A stretch of 64,000 nt of DNA, taken from positions 23,723,746 through 23,787,745 of the forward strand of contig NC_069001.1 in NCBI RefSeq assembly GCF_001194135.2, given 5' to 3'. The DNA is from Octopus bimaculoides (Eukaryota). Under the pieces are notes generated by a model that was given only the letters and a program-made list of their open reading frames with translations, was not told the DNA's origin and did not search any database. The first letter of the stretch is position 1; every line of letters starts with the position of its first letter. The translations under genes and the position numbers were made by a program. Below are positions 12,616 to 23,329 of this stretch, piece after piece.

Positions 12616-13225
12616 GGATCTTTTTTAAAACGGGGGCCACATTTTTCATTAATGTTTTACGTAGTGTTTTTGGTACCGAAAGACTTTCAAACTTCGTATA
12701 CTTATCTATTTTGTGTTATAGAACAGAAAAATATTTTTGTATTCGAATTTATTTCATGTAAAAAATTGTCTTATTTCGATAATTTCAACCAATCACTGAC
12801 AAGTATTCAGTTGTTTAGATTTACTCCTTTGGCTGATTAAGCGATGTAAAGCGTATTTAATCTCCATACCTTCGTTTTATTTGCTTTTTTCATTTTAAAT
12901 TTGCTTTAACCCTAACCCTAACCCTAGGGTTAGGGTTAGGGTTAGAGTTAGGGTTAGGGTTAGAGTTAGGGTTAGGGTTAGGGTTAATTGTTTCAGAATC
13001 GTGTGTTTATGTAGTCGGCACTTAATGTATATCGGCTGAATGGACGTCAGTGATTGGTTGAAATTACAGAAATACGACAACTTTAACATGGAATAATTTA
13101 TGGATTTCTTTTTTTTTTAAGAAGACTAAGAGAAAAAGATGTTTTATATGACACATTCTACCAGTGTTCCAAGTTTCAAAGTGTTTCGTTAATGAAAAAT
13201 GTGGCCCCCGTTTTAAAAAAGATCC
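12616..13225. mobile_element. Foldback MITE with GG...CC ends, 8-bp TSD and an inverted telomeric-repeat core (Merlin-like)
   Basis: TIR ggatcttttttaaaacgggggccacatttttcatta / taatgaaaaatgtggcccccgttttaaaaaagatcc; inner 20-bp inverted match aatttcaaccaatcactgac / gtcagtgattggttgaaatt; flanks gaaaaccc (12608-12615) and gaaagccc (13226-13233). Confidence 0.85.
12907..12986. repeat. Interstitial telomere-like repeat, head-to-head (TAACCC)3 then (TTAGGG)n
   Basis: taaccctaaccctaaccctagggttagggttagggttagagttaggg... with two TTAGAG variants. Confidence 0.95.
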
Positions 13226-13240
13226 GAAAGCCCTCATCAC

Positions 13241-13469
13241 GGTGAGCTGGTAGAAATGTTAGCAGGTCGGGCGAAATGCTTAACGGTATTTCGTCTGCAA
13301 CTACGTTGTGAGTTCAAATTCTGCCGAGGTCGACTTTGCCCTTCATCCTTTCGGGGTCGATTAAATAAGTACCAGTCACGCACTGGGGTCGATATAATCG
13401 ACTTAATCCGTTTGTTTGTCCTTGTTTGTCCCCTCTATGTTTAGCCTCTTGTGGGCAATAAAGAAATAA
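13241..13469 (+). mobile_element. SINE family B with 15-bp TSD
   Basis: Full head, central domain and tail; TSD gaaagccctc(a/t)tcac at 13226-13240 and 13470-13484. Confidence 0.9.
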
Positions 13470-13809
13470 GAAAGCCCTCTTCACTATTTTCTGAGCATCC
13501 AAAACTGTTTGAAGGACAAGAGAAGATCTTCTCAAACAAGAACCTTCAACCAAATGCTTGAAACAGAATGGGCTGGTGGGGTGGGGGTGGGGTGGGGGTC
13601 TGTTAAAGACACCCACGGCCAAATGGTGGTGTTGTTAAATTGGACAATGGATTAAGTTGAATAATATAATGTGTGGGCTGCTTAATTAATGCATTGAACT
13701 ATGGGAATACTAATTGATGGAACTGAAGCAAGGTCTGTATAATAATTAAGAATGTATTTAAAATGTTACCATTTGACGAACAAATGAATTAAAATACGCA
13801 CATATATAA

Positions 13810-14200
13810 ACACTCACACACACACACACATATAAATACATATATTCACACAAACAATATACACACACATATCCACAAATATCCATACATGTATACACAC
13901 GCACACACACACTCTCTCTTTCTCAGTGTTGGTCACACACACACATATATACATGCAAACATACATATGCATACACACAAACATGCACAAACACATGTGC
14001 ATGTGTAGGCACACACATATACACACATGCACAACTACACACACTCTCTCTCTCTCCCTCTCTTTCTTAGTGTTGGTTACACACACACACATATACAAGC
14101 ACACATACATATGCACACACACACAAACATGCACAAACACATGCGTGTGTAGGCACACACATGCACAACTACACACACACACACAAACACACTCCTAGAG
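13810..14200. repeat. CA-rich low-complexity tract with an internal ~130-bp duplication
   Basis: ctctct..t(c/t)agtgttgg(t)cacacac...tgtaggcacacac...gcacaactacacacac occurs twice (~13910-14043 and ~14044-14180). Confidence 0.8.
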
Positions 14201-14785
14201 GAGGAGTTGATCACTTAGGGGAGGAGAGTTTTGAGGAATGAAGAATTCTGGGGGAATGCGACTAAAAGAGGGGACCTTCATCAATTAATGGTTTCTCCAT
14301 TTGACATGAGGGATCAAAGTGAGTTCCATCTAAACCTGTTAATATAGTGTATCCATTTTTAATATTCAATGATTTCAACAATCTCATTAAGTTTCACAAC
14401 AGTCATTATAAATTCATAACGGAGTGGTAATTAATACTATTCCAAGATTTCATACTAAAGATTTGCAATTAATCTAAATATTTATTGGCCATTATATGTC
14501 AGCTTAATTTTCATATAATTACTAATTGTTTCTGCCATAAGTGAGAGGCGTAAGGTTTCAGGAGATAGGAATTGCTAAGTAGTCATATGTTGTGAAGCCC
14601 TGAGTCAGCCCTGCCGGAGAGAAAACTATGATTAAATGCATTCCATTCATGACCCTCTAATCTGTTTCTAGACCCGACTACAGCATCTGATGTGTGTTTC
14701 CTCTGGGTGGTTTTGAGAATTTCCCTTCACTGCTTTGTGGCTTCAGACTTGATCCCCCAGATCAATAACTTTGGGGGGGGGGGGC

Positions 14786-15013
14786 AGAGAGCTGGCAGAA
14801 TTGTTAGCACACTGGGTGAAATGCTTAACGGTATTTCATCTGCTGTTATGTTCTGAGTTCAAATTCCGCCTGGGTCGACTTTGCCTTTCATCCTTTCAGG
14901 GTCGATTAAATAAGTACCAGTTATGCACTGGGGTCGATGTAATCAACTTAAACCCTTTGTCTGTCCCTGTTTATCTCCTCTATGTTTAGCCCCTTGAGAG
15001 CAATAAAGAAATA
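14786..15013 (+). mobile_element. SINE family B
   Basis: gagctggcagaa head to gcaataaagaaataa tail. Confidence 0.85.
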
Positions 15014-15019
15014 AATATC

Positions 15020-15175
15020 TTTGGTAAGTTAGGAAGGGCATCCAGCCATAAAATCCCTGCCAAAACAGATACAGTAGCCTAGGGTAGTTTTTGTACCTGG
15101 CTGGCTCCTGTCAACCATCCTACCCATGCATGCATGGAAGACAGACATTAAACAATGATGGTGATGATAATGATA
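15020..15175 (+). mobile_element. RTE LINE 3'-UTR fragment with (GAT)n tail
   Basis: ttaggaagggcatccagc...catggaagacagacattaaacaatgatggtgatgat; matches the 3' end of the RTE at 15552-17775. Confidence 0.65.
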
Positions 15176-15196
15176 TACATATATATATATATGTAA

Positions 15197-15521
15197 CTGG
15201 CATTCCATCAGTTACAATGATGAGGGTTCCAGCTGATCCAATCAACAGAACAGCCAGCTCATGAAATTAACATGCAAGTGGCTGAATACTTCACAGATAT
15301 GTGCACCTTTAACGTACTTCTCAGGAGGATTCAGCATGATACAGAATGTGACAAATCTGGTCCCTTTGAAATACAGGTACAACTCATTTTTGCCAGGTGA
15401 ATGGACTGGAGCAATGTCGAATAAAGGATCTTGCTCAAGGACACAATGTGTCACTGGGAATTGAACTCACGACCTTACAATTGTAAGCCAAATACCCTAA
15501 CCACTAAGCCATGTGCCTTCA
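15197..15521 (-). mobile_element. SINE family C (tRNA head)
   Basis: Reverse complement of the 29407-29728 copy (gaaggcacatggcttagtggttaggg...gagttcaattccc...tgtccttgagcaag). Confidence 0.85.
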
Positions 15522-15551
15522 CACACGCACATTATATATATAAAATATATG

Positions 15552-17775
15552 TTGTCATCATCATCGTCATCGTTTAACATCTGGCATGGGTTGAATGGTT
15601 TGGCTGAGGACTGGTGAGCCAGATGGACGCCCCAGGCTTCAATCTGATCTGGCAGTGTTTCTATAGCTGGATGCCCTTCCTGACGCCAACCACTCCGAGA
15701 GTGTAGGGAATGCTTTTACATACCACCAGTATGAGGGCCAGTCAGGTGGTACTGGCAACGGCCATGCTCAAATGGTGTATTTTACATGCCACCTGCACAG
15801 GAGCCAGTCCAGCGGTACTGGCAACAACCTCACTCAACTGTTGCTCTTCATGTGCTACCGGCACAAGTGCCTGTAAGGCAACGCTGGTAACGATCACGCT
15901 CGAATGGTGCTTTTTATGCGCCACTGGCATAGGAGCCAGTGGCCCTGGCAATGATCACGCTTAGATGGTGGTCTTAGCGTTCCCCTAGCATGGATGTCAG
16001 TCACGCGGTGCTGTCATCGGCCACGTCAGCGAATTTGATTTCGATTTCACTTGTCTCAACAGGTCTTCACAAGCAGAGTTTAGTGTCCAATGAAAGAAAG
16101 GTATGCATAAGTGGGGTAGTTACACTTCTGGCATAGGCCATGGGTTATGGTCTCACTTAGCTTGCCGGGTCTTCTCAAGCACAGCATATTTCCAAAGATC
16201 TCGGTCACTAGTCATTGCCTCGGTGAGGCCTAATGTTCGAAAGTTGTGCTTCACCATTTCATCCCAGGTCTTCCTGGGTCTACCTCTTCCACAGGTTCTC
16301 TTAACCACTAGGGTGTGATACTTTTTCACACAGCTATCCTCATCCATTCTCACCACATGACCATACCAGCGCAGTCGTCTCTCTTGCACACCACAACTGA
16401 TGCTTCTTAGGTTCAACTTTCCTCTCAAGGTACTTACACTCTGCCAAGTATGCACACTGACATTACACATCCAGTGAAGCATACTGGCTTCATTCCTTGC
16501 AAGCTTACGCATGTCCTCAGCAGTCACGACCCATGTTTCACGGCTATTCATACACATGCATTATACAGTCTACCTTTTACTCTGAGTGAGAGGCCCTTTG
16601 TCACCAGCAGAGGTAAGGGCTCTCTGAACTTTACCCAGGCTATTCTTATTTTAGCAGCTACACTTTCAGAGTACCCACCCACCCCTGCTACAGACTTGGT
16701 CACCTAGGTAACAGAAGCTATCAACTACTTGTAGTTTTTCTCCCTCGAATGTGGCAGAAGTTGTTCTCTGCACATATTCAGTGTTTATTGCTCCTGAACA
16801 TCTGCTACATACAAAAACTAACTTCCTAGTTAACCTTCCTTTGATATTGCTGCACCTCTTATCTGTCCATAGCTTACACTGGGTACATCTTATAGAGTTT
16901 CTACCTATGCCTTTCTACAGGTCGATCAGGGCCATCTACCTAAAGGTATTTGTGGTTTGTCTGCCTGCCTACTTATGAAGACTTTGGTTTTAGCTCGGTT
17001 GACTCTAAATGCCTTTGATTCTAATCCTTGCTTCCACACCTGAAACTTCTCCTCTAGTTCTGATAGTGACTCAGCAATAAGAGCAAGGTCATCAGCATAA
17101 AGGAGCTTCCAGGGGCATTTGTCTTAAATTCCTCTGTTATTGCCTGGAGGACTATGATAAATAGGAGGGGCTGAGAACTAAACATTGGTGGACCCCTACC
17201 TCTACCTGGAATTCTTCATGTGCTCGTTTCCAACCCTCACCTTACTGATAGAGTCCCTGTACATGACTTGCTCAGCTCCCACTAACCATTCATCTATCCT
17301 TAGTTTCTTCACTGACCACCAGATAAGGGATCGGGGGACCCTGTCAAAGGCTTTCTCCATGTCAACGAAAGCTAGGTACAGAGGTTTATCTTTGGCTAGA
17401 TATTTCTCCTGCAGCTGTCTTACCAGAAATGCAGCATCTTACCCAAACTGCATCTCATCTAGACTGACCCTCTCCCTAATTAGTTGGGCTATGACCCTCT
17501 CCATGACTTTCTTTACCTGATCCAACAGCTTGATACCTCTGTAATTATTTCTATCTAAAGCGTCACCTTTACCTTTGTAGCAGTTGACTATGGTGCTGCT
17601 ACACCAGGCATTGGGCATGACTTCTTCATGTATCACCTGATTGACTATACAGGTGACTAGGCCATAGCTGACACTGCCAGATATTTTGAGCATCTCTGTG
17701 GTAATTGCTGATGGTCCGGGGGCTTTCCCTGTCTTCATACCCTTAATTGCTTTATCTACCAAGGCACTGTCATAC
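15552..17775 (-). mobile_element. 5'-truncated RTE-clade LINE (RT, C-terminus, long 3' UTR with tandem repeats)
   Basis: KAPGPS...NYRGIKLL...MQFG (17439-17783), PWKLLYADDLALI (~17080-17118), RRLRWYGHVVRM...GRGRPRKTW...DRDLW (16153-16557), then ~600-bp 3' UTR ending in (GAT)n. Confidence 0.92.
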
Positions 17776-17804
17776 ATATACATATAATTATAGGCACAGG
17801 AATA

Positions 17805-17960
17805 GATGTGTGGTAAGAAGTTTGCTTTTCAACCTCATGGTTTTGGATTCAGTGCCACTGCATGGCATCTTCTATCTTTTTCTACGGTTCCAGGCTAAAC
17901 AAGGCCATGTGAGTGGAATTGGTATACAGGAGCTGACAGAAGCCCATTGTACGTCTATTT
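17805..17960 (+). mobile_element. SINE family A, 5' head (partly deleted)
   Basis: gtgtggtaagaagtttgc...ttcagtgccactgcatggcatc...gaagccc. Confidence 0.7.
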
Positions 17961-19205
17961 ATCAATCTATCTATCTATCTATCTATCTATCTGTGTGTGT
18001 GTGTTTTATGCATACATATGTGTGTATGTTTGCATGTATACACTTTACATATTTCCCATATATACAGAGGTCTCACTGTTCAGCATTTTTCAATGTGTAA
18101 AGACCTTTGGAATAAAGTACTGTACTTGGACTGGTGATTAAAAGGGTCTCTAGATATAGAATACTGCCTTAACCCTTTAATATTAAGGTAATGCTTGTTT
18201 GTTCACATTATTTTGAAATATTCAGGTTCAAGAGGGGTGTCCAAAATATTTGCTTGTAACTCTGTTAATTTTTTACATACAAATTTGAAATTTTCTCAGT
18301 GAATGCTTATATACCAGTGGTTTATAGTTATATAATTTTAGCTGATCTTTCTAAATTTAATTAACAGGTGTAAAAGCAATAACATTATGGATAAACACTA
18401 AAATTGAAATTCTTCCTGCATCTTACCTATTTGATTTGTTATTAAAATTATTCCAGATGTCAACTGCCAACAATTTTGCCACTTTTCAAGATGAGGTATA
18501 TTAATTTGAATTAATTAAAATACAGGTATAATCGGTACAATTTATTCTTTCTCTACATTACATTCAAAAATTTTCATTAAAAATAAAGTACAAAAGTATT
18601 TTACTGATCAATATACCATTTGCTATATACTATTATACAATTTAATGAACGTATTTACATAAAAAAATGCATCTAATAAAAAAAGCTTATTAACAGGTGA
18701 GACAAAGGTGGATACAGGTGTGTAACATACTGAAAATTAATACATATTTCTCACTTTCACTTATTTTTTTATTTGTAATAAAATGAAAGGAATATAGGAT
18801 AGCATTACGATCAAACAACAAAATATAGTTATGCCATATTTCTATCGTGAAACTGTCCAAAGTACCCTTTACACCCATAATTCCCAACGTGGGGCATGGT
18901 AATATTTTGGTGAGGGATGTGTAAGGTTACCTTTTGTACACAATGTTCAGTATACCAATAGAGAACGGGGGCAATTTCGAGAATGAGTTATTAAAAAAAG
19001 ACAACTTCTTTTATATTCTCTTCTGTGGACAATTTTATCAAATTTTGGGTACTTTAGGGACGATTTCATCATATTCATAAGATCTGATGTCCCTAAAGAG
19101 GGAATAGATTATTTTCTTCGATTTAGCGGTATGTGAAAACATATAGGTAATTACAAACGCGTATGTGTGTTTGCATGCGCGTGCGTACATGCGTGTATGT
19201 AATAT

Positions 19206-19910
19206 AGGGCTTTCCTATAAGGTGTTATCCAACCTTGATTGGAACTGTCCCGTATGACATGTACGCATGCTCAGTGACTTGCTTTAACAGTTGCAATCAG
19301 CTGAATGCACTTTGCCAGTGACATTTGACATAATTACCCACACTCTGTGGTCAGGATTCTTTTTTTTGGTTTGATGTCGGTATCAAAGGGATTATCAGAC
19401 ACCGGACAATACAGTGAGAGCAGCTTTCACTCACATCGTGGTATTCGATGCTGTGTACGTGTCTGTCGTGGTAAAATATGCCACTCCTTAACTGTTGCTT
19501 TGCTTTCATCCGTAGCACGAGGTAATTATGTCATTATCTGTGAAATTCGGCAACTTACAAAGATCTTTAGATCAGGCAATACTTCACCGAGAGGAGATAT
19601 AAGCTTCTGCTTATTCCTGTCTGAAGTATCGTCCGATGAATTTACTTTGTTGACATATCGACAGAATTTTTATACCTTTCAACCTTTCAATCAAGTCCGC
19701 CTTTCTTCCAGTAACATACTGTCCATATAATCTCAAATATTTCTTTAACTCAGGCACAGTAAGTACTTCGATAGCTGAATCATCAAGCTGCTTTATATCC
19801 ATGATAAGACGTAAAACAATAACAATGGCGTGGGTTAGCCTCCAGAAGTTTAATTATCTACATGGAGCGCCGCCTAGCCAAGGGAGATAACCTACTTATA
19901 GGAAAGCCCT
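19206..19910 (-). mobile_element. Non-autonomous DNA transposon, ISL2EU-like (16-bp TIR, AT TSD)
   Basis: Perfect TIR agggctttcctataag (19206-19221) / cttataggaaagccct (19895-19910); AT on both sides (19204-05, 19911-12); internal SAP-SWIM coding remnant. A TA or TATA TSD reading with GG..CC ends is also possible. Confidence 0.75.
19284..19802 (-). pseudogene. Truncated SAP-domain plus SWIM zinc-finger protein (N-terminal part of a YqaJ/lambda-exonuclease-type transposon protein)
   Basis: LTVPELKKYLRLYGQYVTGRKADLIERLKG (SAP consensus), then across frameshifts ISPLGEVLPD, LPNFTDNDI, HCIVRCLIIP, NPDHRVWVIMSNVTGKVHSADCNC* (first half of SWIM CxC). Confidence 0.75.
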
Positions 19911-21446
19911 ATAGAACTGGTCCACACAAAAGGCAATGCCATCTTAATTCCCTACGGAGAAATAAACTGGAGACAGACTTATAAAATTTTTATTATGATC
20001 ACTACGGATCTAATTTACATAGATGATACAAAGACAAATACAAACAGATGTACAAAATGTATGAGTTCTTTTTTAAAAATTTTTACGATGTTTTTATAAA
20101 ATTAAAAAAAAACGATGACTTTGAATATTCAGACATACAAATGCATGCATGCCCACACACATCTATATAAACATATATATATATACACATATATATACAC
20201 ACACACACACATACCCATACATACACCTACACACATGTATGTCTATAAAAAGAAGGGGAGATTGGGTTTTTCAACCCGGCAGCCTATAAGGCCCAGCAGT
20301 TTGCCTTTTATTTTCACAATGATTAGTTTGGGTGACTCACACCCACCTTTTTCACTACTTCCTTCCATCTTCGTTCATATACTGGAGACAGACTTATGTG
20401 TGCAGGTGTGTCAAAGACTCTTTTATCTCTGGCGACAAAAGATCTAGGTACACAAGAAAAACGTGGTGCTGTAGAGCATAACAATAAACGGTGTTCAGAG
20501 GTGACAGATGAAAGAATTGAATGATGTGAAATGGGTTGAAACGGAGTGGGAGGGGTAGTGTCAGTGAAAGAAGAGAAAGAGGCTGAAAGGGAGAGGAGAC
20601 AAATAGATAGAGAAAGAGAGAGGAGAGAAGGAGACAGATAAAGAGAGAGTTATGGTACTGGTAACGCACAACACACACGTATTGAACAAAGACGAAAATT
20701 AACAGGTCGTTTTATTACCACCAGTCAGTTTGTGAATTCAGCAAAAGGTAAGAAAAATTTCCATCATTGATACAAAGGCTTTTGCAGCTGAGAAGATTCA
20801 CGGAATTTTTTTTGTTTCTTTTTGAGTATATTTTCCGAAAGGTTATACTGAAATCTTTTGAAAGAAATTGTTGCAAAAATTTGCTTGAACTGAAATGTCT
20901 TCGTGTTTGTTTCAAAGGCATAACTACAGATTTCTGCCCCACCCCCGACTTCAGAAAAACGGATATCTTTCAATGAAATTGTCTACGAATATGTGTTATA
21001 TCATGTAGATTCCGAGTATACAAAATTATGGGGAAAGGAGAGGTTGGGGTGGGGAATTTCGGAAAATTCATCGGAGTCCACTTCAGTTCGTCTTAACTTT
21101 CAAGGAAATGGATATTTTTTGGCATAACTACAGAGTTGTACCCCACGAATTTGGAGGGTCATAACTTTCATAAAAATGAATATTTTTTAATGAAAATTCC
21201 TGTGCATATATTATTTATCATGTAGATTCCGAATATACAAAAAATTTCGGTGAAAGTGTTTGGGGAGGGGGTGGGGGACAATTTTTGAGAAGTGTTCCCC
21301 ACTCGGTGGTGTTTCGGAGCAAGCCGTCCATATTTGTATCATTTTCCTCTCTTATGTGCGTATGTGCATCCGTACATTTCTACTTTACAATTGTCTAACT
21401 GGAAACCCTGAAACATCACAATTTTCACTTTCATTTTATTCTCTAC

Positions 21447-21610
21447 CCGAGATCGCGCTAAAATTTATTTTGTTACCACTTTGGAAATTATAACACTAAA
21501 ATTTATTCTGTTGCCACTTTGGAAATTACCACACTAAAATTAAATTTATTCTGTTGCCACTTTGGAAATTACCACACTAAAATTAAATTTATTCTGTTGC
21601 CACTTTGGAT
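21447..21610. repeat. Subterminal tandem repeat (~39-44-bp unit x4) upstream of the Merlin transposase
   Basis: ctaaaatt(aaatt)tattctgttgccactttggaaattaccaca repeated, ending ~10 bp before the ATG. Confidence 0.9.
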
Positions 21611-21619
21611 AGTTTCAAG

Positions 21620-22519
<900 letters not shown>

Positions 22520-22979
22520 ATACATATATACATAACATTTTTTTTTTAAACAAACATTCTTAACTAATACAAGATTTCACATAAGATCAATGAAGAACAC
22601 AAACACGTACTGAAACAGTGACTAAACTTATGTTATTTAGTTGGGATTAATCCTCTTTAAAGTGAAAAAAAACAACAAGACCGACGTATACTACAGGTAT
22701 GTAAAATATATTTGTGTACTTTTTTCTCTGTTTATACTTAATCTTCCTGTTTTTGCAAGATTGAAAAAAAAGTTTTGGAAAGCTAACATTTTAAAATTCT
22801 TGGCGAAGGGACAGGGTGCCTGCGCCGAGTCTGCCCTTTATAGTTTCTATATTCAACCGTGCGTGTATATTCCTATTTTTGCTCCTGTTCTCTTCTACTT
22901 CTCTACTAGAAACGTTTACTTTGGAATTTACTTCTATTGAGAAAAAAAATGATGTGCATGTTATTTTAAACATAAGTTT

Positions 22980-23213
22980 GGCGATCTTTCCTTTTGATTA
23001 CATTTTACATCGTTTCTAATCCACGTGCGTTTGTTTATGTTTCGGAACAAGATCGTCGCTTTCCGTAAAAGGCTTTTAGGGTTAGGGAATTCCGTCCCTA
23101 ACCCCAGCCGTAATCCTAACCCTAATCCTAACCCTAAAACCCTTTTACGGAAACATAAACAAACGCACGTGGATTAGAAATGACGTAAAACGTAATCAAA
23201 ACGAAAGATAGCC
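22980..23213. mobile_element. Foldback MITE with inverted TTAGGG/CCCTAA core
   Basis: Arms ggcgatctttccttttgattac...ctaatccacgtgcgtttgtttatgtttc / gaaacataaacaaacgcacgtggattag...gtaatcaaaacgaaagatagcc; centre ttttagggttaggg...ccctaaccc...ccctaaaa. No TSD found. Confidence 0.8.
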
Positions 23214-23329
23214 CTCGGATCTTGTGAATTTTCCGAAGTCCTCTCTCCACCCCTCAGAAAAGATTTTCCTTCAAATTTCTTTATAATCGTAATTTATGTC
23301 AGTTGAAAGGTATGTATATAAAATTACAT

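Noticed and set aside
12907-12986. Chromosome end-to-end fusion scar
   Set aside because: The array sits at the centre of a TIR/TSD-bounded element, and its polarity (CCCTAA then TTAGGG) is opposite to a telomere-telomere fusion.
18456-18494. AG...GT-bounded 39-bp candidate exon (MSTANNFATFQDE)
   Set aside because: Isolated, no recognisable homology, no neighbouring exons; expected by chance in AT-rich DNA.
21447-21610. CRISPR-like array
   Set aside because: Units are contiguous tandem repeats without unique spacers, in eukaryotic DNA with no cas genes.
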